From positions 1-64,000 of IMG/VR virus record IMGVR_UViG_3300026488_000018: a DNA stretch of 64,000 nt. One strand, written 5' to 3'. The position numbers and the translations under genes were made by a program. Below are positions 18,782 to 28,329 of the stretch, one piece after another. How positions within the stretch are numbered: position 1 is the first letter of the stretch; every line of letters starts with the position of its first letter. The notes beneath the pieces were generated by a model. The model had not been told where the DNA came from and made no database searches. It worked only from the letters and a program-made list of their open reading frames with translations. Source of the DNA: a virus.

Positions 18782-20961
18782 TGGCTAATGTTGTATTGAA
18801 TTTTAAAGATGTTTTTGATTATAAGTATAGCGCGAAGATTGGAGGTATTGAACAAGCAAGTTTTGGAACCAGGACAGCTATTAATGTGGGTGATATAGTA
18901 TCCATAATATATGACGGAGCGGACGTTCGGTATTATAACGGCACAGATTGGGTATCAACAAACAGAATTTTTTATGGTATTGTCAGAAAAGTTAAAAGAG
19001 TTAGGTATGTTTATTATGTTGAAGCACAGGGTTTTTACGGGTATTTAAATGATAGGCATATAAAAACTGTTTACACATTGGGGAGTAGTGTAACGGCCGG
19101 TACGGTAATAAAAAAAGTGTTGGATTATGTGTATGGTGGTGGATGGGGTGATAGTCATCTCATAATTATTGGGAATGATTTGGCTATAACGAGTAGTGTT
19201 GTTGATATGAGTTTGGATGATACAGTATTGAATGTTATAAAAAATATTGCGTATTATGTCGGAGCAAGGGTTATATTTTGGCAAGATTTGATTTACTTGG
19301 TGTATCCCGATGGCGAGAATTCATTTGTGAATAGTGATTTTGTTGCTGGTTATGATAATACATCAAATTTTGTATTGAATATTGACGAATACAATGTTGT
19401 TAATGAAGTGATTGTTGAGGGAGCAAGGGGAGCATTTCAACACATGATTGAATATGATATTGATTTAAGTACGACCGATGAGGTAGAAGTTTATTTTTTC
19501 AGACCAGACCCGGCACCAGATAATATTTTGAGGGTAACGCTAAATGGTAGAGATATACCCCTTGACAGGGTATCGAAAGTGAATGACAGGAAGTATATTG
19601 TGAATATTGTTGGTTATAAGGATTTAACTTATTCGAAGTGGCGATATTATAATGATATAGAGATAAGGAATAAAACTGGTATAACAGGAGATGGAGTTGT
19701 TGTTAGGTTGGATTTAATTAATTTGAATGAAATAGATTATAGTGCAATGAACACAGTGTCAGGTATGCCAACTGATTTGAGATTTACACAACTTACATCG
19801 AACGGGGAGATTGAGTTGCCATATTATGTTGACGATAATTTAACTGATATGTCTAATAATAAGTTGGTTGTTTGGGTAAGATTGCATTATTTATCTGATT
19901 CTGCGGTTGTAAGGATGTATTATGGGAATAGTGATGCTTTGAGTTTGAGTAATTTGGATGCAGTTATGCCGAGGATATTTGATTATCAATTTAATATTGG
20001 CTATGGAAATGTGAGTGAATACATTGCGGGGGAACAGGGTCAATATAATGTCAATATATCTGAGGGTGACCCCATAGAGATGTATGTTAAAGTTGATTGT
20101 ACGTCGGATTCGGGCGTTTCTAAGGCAGCGGTTGAGTTTTATGGTAATTACAATTATTATGTTGTTTCGGGTGAGCTGGAGAATGGTAGTTTCGGTGGTA
20201 ATTTGTCTACACAGAACAGCGAAGTAGAGGTTTATTATGTGGGAGACAATTCATGGAGTACGATAAGCAGTAATGATACGGCTAACTCGAGTGTTAGTAT
20301 TCTAAAAGATATTATTTTCGGAGACTATACAGGTAGTTTGATTGTGCGTACTGCATTTTATGGTTTTTGTGGTTCTACGTATGTCGCAACTGGTGAGGCA
20401 ACTGGTAGGATTTTTTATGTTAGAGCTGCGCGGTATGCATACGATATTGATATTAATGTTTCACAAAAAATGAATACGAATTACGGGGTATTGAAGATTT
20501 ATTATACATATAGTAGGCCTTATATAGGTGTAGCGTGGGATTTTAGTAATGTTAGTTCACCGAAAGATGTTAGATCAATTAAGATTCGGATAGGTTGGAT
20601 TAATTCTGACGAAGTGGCGACTGATATTGCTAATAAGATTTTGCAAAAGTTTAAGATGAATAATGTGAGCGCATCATTTGAGACATTGTTAGGTAAATGG
20701 GTTAGGGACATGCACGGATGGAATATTGGATTTAATGTTGCTATTAATACGGGTAGTGTGGTTTATGCGACCAGTGTATTGAGCATCGACGTTGAAAATG
20801 GTATTGTTAAGATTAACGCGGGGAGAAGGTTTAGGTCGTTATCACAGTATATTTCGTATTTGAATAGTAAGATTAAAATGGTATCAGCGTTCGACGCGAA
20901 GAATTTCCCGTATGTTGTTGAGGATATTGCGAATAATAATGTTGAGATTAGATGGTGGTGA
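18781..20961 (+). CDS. Baseplate hub/tail tip protein with DUF2341-like insertion
   Basis: IFYGIV...VEAQG, VVNEVIVEG hub motifs; W.YY..I.I...DLRFT..LPYY..VWV..MYYGN insertion. Confidence 0.65.
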   Translation: MANVVLNFKDVFDYKYSAKIGGIEQASFGTRTAINVGDIVSIIYDGADVRYYNGTDWVSTNRIFYGIVRKVKRVRYVYYVEAQGFYGYLNDRHIKTVYTLGSSVTAGTVIKKVLDYVYGGGWGDSHLIIIGNDLAITSSVVDMSLDDTVLNVIKNIAYYVGARVIFWQDLIYLVYPDGENSFVNSDFVAGYDNTSNFVLNIDEYNVVNEVIVEGARGAFQHMIEYDIDLSTTDEVEVYFFRPDPAPDNILRVTLNGRDIPLDRVSKVNDRKYIVNIVGYKDLTYSKWRYYNDIEIRNKTGITGDGVVVRLDLINLNEIDYSAMNTVSGMPTDLRFTQLTSNGEIELPYYVDDNLTDMSNNKLVVWVRLHYLSDSAVVRMYYGNSDALSLSNLDAVMPRIFDYQFNIGYGNVSEYIAGEQGQYNVNISEGDPIEMYVKVDCTSDSGVSKAAVEFYGNYNYYVVSGELENGSFGGNLSTQNSEVEVYYVGDNSWSTISSNDTANSSVSILKDIIFGDYTGSLIVRTAFYGFCGSTYVATGEATGRIFYVRAARYAYDIDINVSQKMNTNYGVLKIYYTYSRPYIGVAWDFSNVSSPKDVRSIKIRIGWINSDEVATDIANKILQKFKMNNVSASFETLLGKWVRDMHGWNIGFNVAINTGSVVYATSVLSIDVENGIVKINAGRRFRSLSQYISYLNSKIKMVSAFDAKNFPYVVEDIANNNVEIRWW

Positions 20962-21419
20962 TGAACATGGCATGGGTGTGGATTCATAGAGAGTCTGAGA
21001 ATGACCCGAGTACACAGGGTATTTATTTCATTTTAACGGGTGAAACGTTTAACATAACAAAAAATGTTTTTCAGGTTGCAATACCGGATGAAGATGCGTC
21101 GAATGCGACTGATTTAGGGCAGGGCTCGTATGTGATGAGTTTGGGTGGGAGTAGGAAGAGTTTGAGGATATCTGGTAGGTATAAGGGTAGCGATTTTATG
21201 GATGCTGTTAATTTTTATAACAAGGCAAAAGGGTATATTAATTCAATAGGCATAGAAGAGAAGGTTATTGTTGATGTTTTTAGTGTTGAGCCGACAGCAA
21301 CTAATGTACCACTGTATTCATATGACGGGGTGATATCTTCTAGTGTGCTTAGTTTATTACAAGGTGCACCAGCGATAGTGTCAATAGATTTGACTATATA
21401 TGTGGGACAGGTGTTGTGA
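20952..21419 (+). CDS. Putative distal tail (Dit-like) protein
   Basis: Size and context; LGG.RK.L.ISG pattern. Confidence 0.45.
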   Translation: MVVMNMAWVWIHRESENDPSTQGIYFILTGETFNITKNVFQVAIPDEDASNATDLGQGSYVMSLGGSRKSLRISGRYKGSDFMDAVNFYNKAKGYINSIGIEEKVIVDVFSVEPTATNVPLYSYDGVISSSVLSLLQGAPAIVSIDLTIYVGQVL

Positions 21420-21462
21420 TATTTTTATTTTTTGGTGTTGTATTATTATTGGTGATACGTAA

Positions 21463-21873
21463 GTGACGAACAATGATGCAGATATATTGGAAATTAGATA
21501 TAAGATGCAGTTGCTCGAAAAACGTGTAGATAATTTAGAAGAGCGTATTTGGGATAAAATGGATGGTGTGGAGAAAGGTATAAATGAGTTGAAAAGTGAA
21601 GTGCGCGAGATGATGGATAAATTTGTTTCTATAGAAAAGGAACTTGTGGAAAAAACTGTGAAGTATAACGGGTATGAAAACATGTTTGCGACGAAGAGTG
21701 AATTAAATGCACTGGAAGATAGGATAGACAAGCTGGAGGTAAAGGTAGAGAGTTATATCGCTTCAACAAAGAGTTTTGAAGAGGGGAAAAACTTTATTGT
21801 TGAACATTGGAGCGAGATTTTAGGTTTGATATTAGCATTGCTAATATTAATTGACAAGATAAGGGGCGGATAA
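21463..21873 (+). CDS. Coiled-coil protein with C-terminal TM helix (possible lysis role)
   Basis: Heptad-rich sequence and C-terminal ILGLILALLILI; promoter consensus 21422-21444. Confidence 0.6.
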   Translation: MTNNDADILEIRYKMQLLEKRVDNLEERIWDKMDGVEKGINELKSEVREMMDKFVSIEKELVEKTVKYNGYENMFATKSELNALEDRIDKLEVKVESYIASTKSFEEGKNFIVEHWSEILGLILALLILIDKIRGG

Positions 21874-21876
21874 TGT

Positions 21877-22170
21877 ATGTATGTGTATTGCTACGCCTGC
21901 GTTGAGCGGTGGTGTCCGAGGAAGACGATTGTTTATATCCCAGATGATTTTGATTTTAATGACGAACGATTTAAATATGCAGGAAACAATAGTTATGTGT
22001 GGAGGATAGATAATAGGCGAAGCATCACAGTGTACTTTATGAAGTATAATAGGTATCCCAGTGTAAGCGGCACCGGTATTGATTTTTTGGAGAGGTGGAT
22101 AGATGATACTGCACGTTGGTTAATGGGTGTTGGTGATAATTTATATCCGAGTTCATGGAAGTGGGAATGA
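21877..22170 (+). CDS. Hypothetical protein
   Basis: ORF track, coupled. Confidence 0.55.
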   Translation: MYVYCYACVERWCPRKTIVYIPDDFDFNDERFKYAGNNSYVWRIDNRRSITVYFMKYNRYPSVSGTGIDFLERWIDDTARWLMGVGDNLYPSSWKWE

Positions 22171-22460
22171 TGTTTATATTATTCAGAGTTTTTCACAGGT
22201 CGATGTTAAATCAGATGAATAATTTCCATGTTGATGATTTGAATAGTGTAATAGCTGAGTTGGAGGAATTGGGTTTTAAACGTTTAAGTAACAGGACGTG
22301 GGGTTTGAGCTTACCATGTGATACATATATTTATGCAATGGTGTGGCCAGAAGTTGTTTTCGTTTCAGGGGAGGAGAAGGATATTTGGAAGTTTTTATAC
22401 AATATATGCACGCAGTATTGTTCGAATAAGTATGATTGTTCTAAGTTTAAGGACGAATAA
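22155..22460 (+). CDS. Hypothetical protein
   Basis: ORF track, coupled. Confidence 0.55.
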   Translation: MEVGMMFILFRVFHRSMLNQMNNFHVDDLNSVIAELEELGFKRLSNRTWGLSLPCDTYIYAMVWPEVVFVSGEEKDIWKFLYNICTQYCSNKYDCSKFKDE

Positions 22461-22489
22461 TTTTTAAAGTTATTTGTTGTAGTATTAGC

Positions 22490-22744
22490 GTGGGAGGTGA
22501 TATTATGAAGGCGATATTCGTTGGAAGCAACGGTATGTTTGGTATTGAGCTTTTTAGGGAGGATTTCCCAAAGAAAAGTGAAATTGTGAAGGTTTATAAT
22601 ACCATACATGGAACAAATTATAAGGCGAAAGATTTTAAAAGAATGAAAAAGAGGGAAATAAGGAAATATGTGAATTATGAGAAAGGTCAAAAGGTTATCG
22701 GGTATTCGACGGAGGATGGGCGTATTATAGTCCTCCTCCAGTGA
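22490..22744 (+). CDS. Hypothetical protein (likely ATG ~22505)
   Basis: SD GGAGGTGA after TATA at 22461. Confidence 0.6.
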   Translation: MGGDIMKAIFVGSNGMFGIELFREDFPKKSEIVKVYNTIHGTNYKAKDFKRMKKREIRKYVNYEKGQKVIGYSTEDGRIIVLLQ

Positions 22745-22770
22745 TTTTTATTTTTTGGAGGTGGTGTTGT

Positions 22771-23136
22771 ATGGTTGAGTGGGTTAATCTTACAGGGCAT
22801 ATAGTTAGAGTTTATGATGAGAGTGGTAAAAAACTTTTGATGGAGTTGTACCCCGCCGGAAAAACTGTTAGAGTGGTTTCAAAGATAATAGGTCGAAAAA
22901 CTGTGGGCGGTATTCCAGTAGTGAAGGATGTTTATACTGAAGTGATAAATCTTCCGGCGCCGAAGCCGGGTGTTATGTATATTGTGTCAACGCCAGTCCT
23001 CGAGTATTTGAAGGAGATGGGAATTTATCGCCCCGATGTTGTTGCACCAGACACAGGACAAGACAGCGTCGTGTATCGCAAGGTTAAAGGAGGGTATAAG
23101 AAGATTGGCGTTAGACGTTTTAGGGGGTGGTGGTAA
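22771..23136 (+). CDS. NLT(P/G)H-family protein; candidate Crn4-like ring nuclease
   Basis: VNLTGH, GIPVV, NLPAPKPG.MYIVS, RPDVVAP motifs. Confidence 0.55.
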   Translation: MVEWVNLTGHIVRVYDESGKKLLMELYPAGKTVRVVSKIIGRKTVGGIPVVKDVYTEVINLPAPKPGVMYIVSTPVLEYLKEMGIYRPDVVAPDTGQDSVVYRKVKGGYKKIGVRRFRGWW

Positions 23137-23351
23137 TGAAGTTTTGGGTTAAGTTTGGTGTTGATGATAGTGATGTTATTATTCTGGAGATAGATGTTCC
23201 AGTGGAGGGTGATGAGTTTAGGTTTGACAAAGTAAATGTGATGAACGTTGCAGTGGCGAAGGATTTAGACCCCGATGTTGTCAGGTTTGTATTCGATGTT
23301 GGTAAAACGCTGGTTGAGGAGGTGAATATGGATGAGTTGGCTTCCGAATAG
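23127..23351 (+). CDS. Hypothetical protein
   Basis: Coupled ORF. Confidence 0.55.
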   Translation: MVVMKFWVKFGVDDSDVIILEIDVPVEGDEFRFDKVNVMNVAVAKDLDPDVVRFVFDVGKTLVEEVNMDELASE

Positions 23352-23616
23352 TGATTATGGTGTTCAATTGATGGTCGGTAGGTGGATTGACGCAATGAAT
23401 AGATTTGGTGCAGTTAATATTTGTTTTTATCCAGAGAAGAAGAAGGTAACTGTAATGATAAGACAAGATAAGGTTGAAGATTTTGAAAAATGGAACGGGT
23501 TTATAAAAACAGCTGTTACAAAGAAGACGGTTGGCAGGAATAATAGGATTGTGTGGTATACATTTTACTTGCCACGACTGTTATCTGAATTACAGCAGAG
23601 GGGGTTCAAGGGGTGA
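23332..23616 (+). CDS. Hypothetical protein
   Basis: Coupled ORF; start uncertain. Confidence 0.5.
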   Translation: MSWLPNSDYGVQLMVGRWIDAMNRFGAVNICFYPEKKKVTVMIRQDKVEDFEKWNGFIKTAVTKKTVGRNNRIVWYTFYLPRLLSELQQRGFKG

Positions 23617-24143
23617 TATTTGCTTTCATAGATGTTGAAACAACTGGATTGGATTGGAATAAACATTCTATTGTACAGTTAGGGTACGTTGTGAGTGATG
23701 AAAGGGGCAATATACTTGCGGACGGCGATTTTTTGGTTTATCCAGGAGATGAATTTATTGTATCAAAGGATGCATTAAGTGTTAATAATGTTAACGTCAG
23801 GGAGGCATTAGAGCAGGGTAAAAGCGCAAAGGAAGTGTACGAATTCTTTAAGCAATTCAAAGAAAGCCCCAACCACGGTATTGTTTTTTCAGGATGGAAT
23901 GTATGTTTTGATTGGTTGTTTGTTAAGACATGGTTTGAGCGGAATGGATTGGATTTTTTTGATGTATTTGCGAAATCAATGGTTGATGTAAAAAGTTTGT
24001 ACATTTCGAGGTATAAAAGGATTGATAATTTGAAGAATGCTGCACGGCGTTTGAATATAAACACGCCGATTAGCAATTGGCACGATGCTGGTTTCGACGC
24101 ATTTGTTACCTATCTTATATGGAAGAGGCTGGAGGGATTATGA
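23613..24143 (+). CDS. DEDDh 3'-5' exonuclease
   Basis: DVETTG, GWNVCFD, HDAGFDA motifs. Confidence 0.9.
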   Translation: MIFAFIDVETTGLDWNKHSIVQLGYVVSDERGNILADGDFLVYPGDEFIVSKDALSVNNVNVREALEQGKSAKEVYEFFKQFKESPNHGIVFSGWNVCFDWLFVKTWFERNGLDFFDVFAKSMVDVKSLYISRYKRIDNLKNAARRLNINTPISNWHDAGFDAFVTYLIWKRLEGL

Positions 24144-24472
24144 TGAGGATTAGAGAGTTCCGGTATATAATAGGTCTGAAAAGGAAGAAGCAAGACCTTG
24201 TTATAGATGGAAGAGTGTCGTTTTTTGTTGATGAAAAAGATGAAGAATATACTGTTGTTAGTATGAGTCCACCGATGCTTAGATATAAGGTTAAGAGTGA
24301 AGGTGAAGTGGATAGGGTTATAGATTATTGGTGGAGCTTATTCCAGAATAGACTTAGGAAGTTTATGGGTTCGAAGACGGTTATAAGTTATGCTAATTTT
24401 ATGGAGGTGCCGAGGTTTGAAAATCATGAACAATCTCAAACTGGGGAAGGAACTTCTGGAGATACCGGATGA
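24140..24472 (+). CDS. Hypothetical protein
   Basis: ATGA overlap with the exonuclease stop; SD GGAGGG. Confidence 0.55.
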   Translation: MMRIREFRYIIGLKRKKQDLVIDGRVSFFVDEKDEEYTVVSMSPPMLRYKVKSEGEVDRVIDYWWSLFQNRLRKFMGSKTVISYANFMEVPRFENHEQSQTGEGTSGDTG

Positions 24473-24731
24473 TGTTGATGTGACTTATGATTATAGCAGA
24501 GGGGAGAAATTTCCCAATGGTACGTATTACCCAAATGCAAATAAGATTGTGGTATCAGGGACAGAGGTAAGTTTTGAACGCTGGGGAATTATCGAAATTT
24601 TGTTACACGAGAAAGTCCATTGGTATCGTTTCAAACGCGGGGATAAAGATTGGGATAAACATGATGGAGAGTTTTGGCTTCTTTACGGGAAGTTTTACGA
24701 AGATTTGATGCGAAAGATTTGTAAAGAGTGA
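24426..24731 (+). CDS. Small SprT-like zinc metallopeptidase
   Basis: ILLHEKVH...KHDGEFW. Confidence 0.7.
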   Translation: MNNLKLGKELLEIPDDVDVTYDYSRGEKFPNGTYYPNANKIVVSGTEVSFERWGIIEILLHEKVHWYRFKRGDKDWDKHDGEFWLLYGKFYEDLMRKICKE

Positions 24732-24749
24732 TGTTGTAATATCGTTGGG

Positions 24750-25097
24750 GTGGTTACGATGGAGGGGCGTATTAGTATTAAGGTTTATATGGATGGTTAT
24801 GACGATGGTATTACGAAAGGGGAGATTGTGGGGCATTATAATGCACTACTTGATAACATAGCAAACAGGTTGACAGAACACGGTATTATTATCGATAAGT
24901 CGAAAGCGAGCGCAGGAATAGATGGTGATAATGTTGTTTTTAAGCTGAGTTATAAGGCGGTTTTTCTGAGGAATTTTGATAGTAATGAACTTTTTAGAAT
25001 TGTTATGGATGAACTACGCGCTGCTGTTGATGAAGAAAATCTAAGTGATTATTATGTAGATGCTGATGTATCGATAACACTTAAGAGGGATGTTTGA
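24750..25097 (+). CDS. Hypothetical protein
   Basis: ORF track with SD. Confidence 0.6.
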   Translation: MVTMEGRISIKVYMDGYDDGITKGEIVGHYNALLDNIANRLTEHGIIIDKSKASAGIDGDNVVFKLSYKAVFLRNFDSNELFRIVMDELRAAVDEENLSDYYVDADVSITLKRDV

Positions 25098-25459
25098 TGA
25101 AGAAGGAGATTGAAGTTAAGGTGGGTGATTATTCTTTTGTTTTTTACGGTGACCCAAAGATTTTGGAATTTATAGTTGAAACGCTTGAACTAATGAGCAT
25201 GAAGAATAAAGACTATTCGAGGAATAGTGATGATAATTTTGCCACGTTTAGACTGTACAGGTTAGCAGGAATTCGCCCCGAGCAGGGTATTGTTGCAAGG
25301 ATGATTGATAAGATTGCGCGCATCGGGAATTTGATTAATGCTGATGACATAGCGGTGAAGGATGAGAGTATAGAAGATACACTTAGGGATTTGATAGCAT
25401 ACTCCGCAATTTTAGCGGCATATTTGAAAGATGAGTATGGTGGTGAAGATGAAGATTAA
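25094..25459 (+). CDS. DUF1599 / nucleotide-modification-associated all-helical domain protein
   Basis: KNKDY, RMIDKIARI, ESIEDTLRDLIAYS motifs. Confidence 0.75.
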   Translation: MMKKEIEVKVGDYSFVFYGDPKILEFIVETLELMSMKNKDYSRNSDDNFATFRLYRLAGIRPEQGIVARMIDKIARIGNLINADDIAVKDESIEDTLRDLIAYSAILAAYLKDEYGGEDED

Positions 25460-25802
25460 AGATGTTTTAAAGATGCCTATAAGAGTGGGTGTTAGGAAAG
25501 TTGATGGAAAATTCCTTGTAGGGAAAGGACGGTATTTTGTAGTGTTAGAGGGGAATTGCGACCATGCAGTGGCAGTGAGCAGGAACCCATATGTTATACC
25601 CCTCGGTATTTACAAAGGCGACGATGGAATGGGTGTTTTTGTTGAAGTTGACATTTATGGGTTTAATAGGGTGGATTTGGAGGAATCGCTGGAGGTGAAT
25701 TGTTATGACAATCTCAAGAGGGGTGATAGTGCAAGCAGTAATAGACGGGCTAAGAGAAAGAAGAGGAAAGTACATAGCGTCGAAGAAGATAACGCCGAGT
25801 GA
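25431..25802 (+). CDS. Hypothetical protein
   Basis: Coupled ORF. Confidence 0.5.
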   Translation: MSMVVKMKIKDVLKMPIRVGVRKVDGKFLVGKGRYFVVLEGNCDHAVAVSRNPYVIPLGIYKGDDGMGVFVEVDIYGFNRVDLEESLEVNCYDNLKRGDSASSNRRAKRKKRKVHSVEEDNAE

Positions 25803-26370
25803 ATATGTTGATTCGCTGATTTGGGGGTATTATGCACTGAAATATGAAAGCCCGTACAGTGGAATAGCCGAACAACTGAAGCCGGAATTCAGGGAATTTA
25901 GACGGCATCTACCAGATTGGATGCTGTATTATTTTGGATGGAAGAAGGATTATGATTTGAGTGACTATGATACAGGAGATATTGTTGAGATTGCATTTAA
26001 GATTCTCACTGGATGGACAATGAGCAAGAATGTTATTAAAGGTGGAAAGTTGAGATATGGGCAGAGAATATATGTCGAGGAGGATTTCAGGAATATTTTC
26101 GAGATTTCGAAGTTTATGGTTGAGGATACGATAAATGATTTTAACGATATCGACGATTTAAAACCAGCTATACAATGGTTGAACATACTTAGTTGGACGG
26201 AGTATTTTGTAAACGATGTTAATGAAATATATGACCAACTAGTTTCAAAGCTGCACGGCACCGATGATTCATGGGTGAGAGTTACTTTGTTTGGTGATAA
26301 GAACAGGGCGGAGAATGTGTTGTATAAGGATTATAAGGCATGGATTATTTGGAGGGGTGCGGTGAGATGA
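25705..26370 (+). CDS. Hypothetical protein
   Basis: SD GGAGGTGA upstream; stop overlaps helicase start. Confidence 0.6.
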   Translation: MTISRGVIVQAVIDGLRERRGKYIASKKITPSEYVDSLIWGYYALKYESPYSGIAEQLKPEFREFRRHLPDWMLYYFGWKKDYDLSDYDTGDIVEIAFKILTGWTMSKNVIKGGKLRYGQRIYVEEDFRNIFEISKFMVEDTINDFNDIDDLKPAIQWLNILSWTEYFVNDVNEIYDQLVSKLHGTDDSWVRVTLFGDKNRAENVLYKDYKAWIIWRGAVR

Positions 26371-28328
26371 TTCCGGTTTCTAACCTTTCATTTTTTGTTG
26401 ATGAGAGGATTGTTAAGATTTTGGAGGATAACGGTTTTACGTATTTGTATAATTTTCAGTTCGAGGCAATAAAGAGAGGACTTGCGAATAATATTATCGT
26501 GAATATTCCAACTGGGGGCGGAAAAACTCTTGTTGCCGAAGTTTTGATGATTGATTATTTGTTGAAAAATAAGGGAAAGAAAGTTGTGTATGTCGCACCG
26601 CTGAGGAGTTTAGTGCGTGAGAAGTGGAATGATTTTAAGAAGTGGTATCCACTGGGAATTCGTGTTGGGATGGCGATGGGCGATTATTGGTTATCGGAAG
26701 GGTCGCTGAATAATAAGGATATCATTGTAACAACGTATCCGAAGTTTGTGTCATTAATTAATCACAGGGAGAGTTTTTTAGATAAAGTGGGGATGATTGT
26801 TATTGATGAGTTTCACACGATGTCACCAGAAATAGAAATCATCGGTGCGTTTGCAAAGATGTATAATTGGCGTGTTGTCGCACTGAGTGCTACGGTCGGC
26901 AATATCGAACAGTTGGCGGATTGGTTAGATGCTGTTATTTACAGGTCAGCAGACAGACCAATCAAACTTAGCGGCGGTATTGTTTTGAAGGGTAATATTA
27001 TATGGATGGATGGAAGAGTGGAGAGAAAAGGAAGTAATTGGATTGATGTTGTTAAAGATTTTGTTTTAAATGGGTTGAGCGTTTTAGTTTTTACTAACGG
27101 GCGAAGAAAAGCTGAGAAGTATGCTAAAATGATATCAATGGAATTACCGGTTATGAATGAGGATGTAGTTGTCCAGAATATAAGTGATTTTGTTGATATG
27201 GTTAGAAGAGGAGTTATGTTTCATCACGCTGGGTTAAATAACAAAGAGCGAAGTGAAGTTGAAGATTTATTTAGAAGCGGTATTTTGAGAGTATTGGTCG
27301 CGACGAAGACGCTTGCGATGGGCGTAAATCTCCCAGCCGACGTGGTATTGATTAAGGATGTTGTAACAATTGATGGGAAGAATGTTAAATATTTGGATGT
27401 GATGGATGTTTGGCAGATGCTTGGGCGCGCCGGGCGCAAAGGCAAAAGCAAGGTGGGCATTGGTTTGATATACGCAGGTAAAAAGAGTATGGTTTCAAAG
27501 TTGATAGATAGATATTTTGAGGGGAAAGTTGAAGATGCTAGGCCGAGTTTGTTTAAGATACTGTCTGATGCAGTTGTATCGTTTTTAGCATATAAAGGTA
27601 GAGCAACAATGGAGGATATTTTAGATTTTGTGGATTGTACTTATACAGGGAGTATTAATGATAACGTGTTATTAGTAGCAACAAGAGTTATTGATACTCT
27701 CCAGCGTGATAACATTATTCGTTTAGTTGGAGATTATTATGTGTTGACAGATGATGGTAAATTGTTAGCGAGACTATTTATTAGCAAGGAAACATTCGAT
27801 AAGTTTAAGAATGCTCAGGTGAACGATATATTTGATGTGTTATGGAATGTAGTAAATGCGAAAGAGTTTAGTTTGCCGAAAGTTAGCAAAAATGAGTATG
27901 CGAAGTATGAGCATATTGGGTGGATTTATGGTTTCAATGTTTATAAGTTGGACGAGAGTACTTTGTCTGTTGCAAAGGCAATAGCAATTATAATGGATTG
28001 GATAGATGGGGCGGAATTGAGGGATATTGAGAAAAAGTATAAAGTGGGATATGGCGATTTGAAGATTATGTTGGAGACAGCGGAGTGGTTAAGTTACGCC
28101 ATTTATAAGGTGAGGGAGTTTTACAAATTGGATGGTGTTGATATTTGCTCGGATATGGTTTGGATGGTTAAGTATGGCGTACCGAGGGAGTTGGTACCGT
28201 TTGTAAAGAGGAGAGGCATTGGCAGGAAGAGAGCATTTCAGTTATTTGAAATAGAGAAGGCGAAAAGAAACGAGAACAAGCACTCCCAACGCGGTATTAT
28301 ATCTTATTGGGTTATGGGTGGTGGATAA
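26367..28328 (+). CDS. hel308: Ski2-like SF2 helicase (Hel308/Hjm-like)
   Basis: PTGGGKT, PLRSL, DEFH, LSAT, FHHAGL, TLAMGVNLPA, QMLGRAGR; C-terminal YGV..EL..GIGRKRA. Confidence 0.9.
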   Translation: MIPVSNLSFFVDERIVKILEDNGFTYLYNFQFEAIKRGLANNIIVNIPTGGGKTLVAEVLMIDYLLKNKGKKVVYVAPLRSLVREKWNDFKKWYPLGIRVGMAMGDYWLSEGSLNNKDIIVTTYPKFVSLINHRESFLDKVGMIVIDEFHTMSPEIEIIGAFAKMYNWRVVALSATVGNIEQLADWLDAVIYRSADRPIKLSGGIVLKGNIIWMDGRVERKGSNWIDVVKDFVLNGLSVLVFTNGRRKAEKYAKMISMELPVMNEDVVVQNISDFVDMVRRGVMFHHAGLNNKERSEVEDLFRSGILRVLVATKTLAMGVNLPADVVLIKDVVTIDGKNVKYLDVMDVWQMLGRAGRKGKSKVGIGLIYAGKKSMVSKLIDRYFEGKVEDARPSLFKILSDAVVSFLAYKGRATMEDILDFVDCTYTGSINDNVLLVATRVIDTLQRDNIIRLVGDYYVLTDDGKLLARLFISKETFDKFKNAQVNDIFDVLWNVVNAKEFSLPKVSKNEYAKYEHIGWIYGFNVYKLDESTLSVAKAIAIIMDWIDGAELRDIEKKYKVGYGDLKIMLETAEWLSYAIYKVREFYKLDGVDICSDMVWMVKYGVPRELVPFVKRRGIGRKRAFQLFEIEKAKRNENKHSQRGIISYWVMGGG

Positions 28329-28329
28329 T

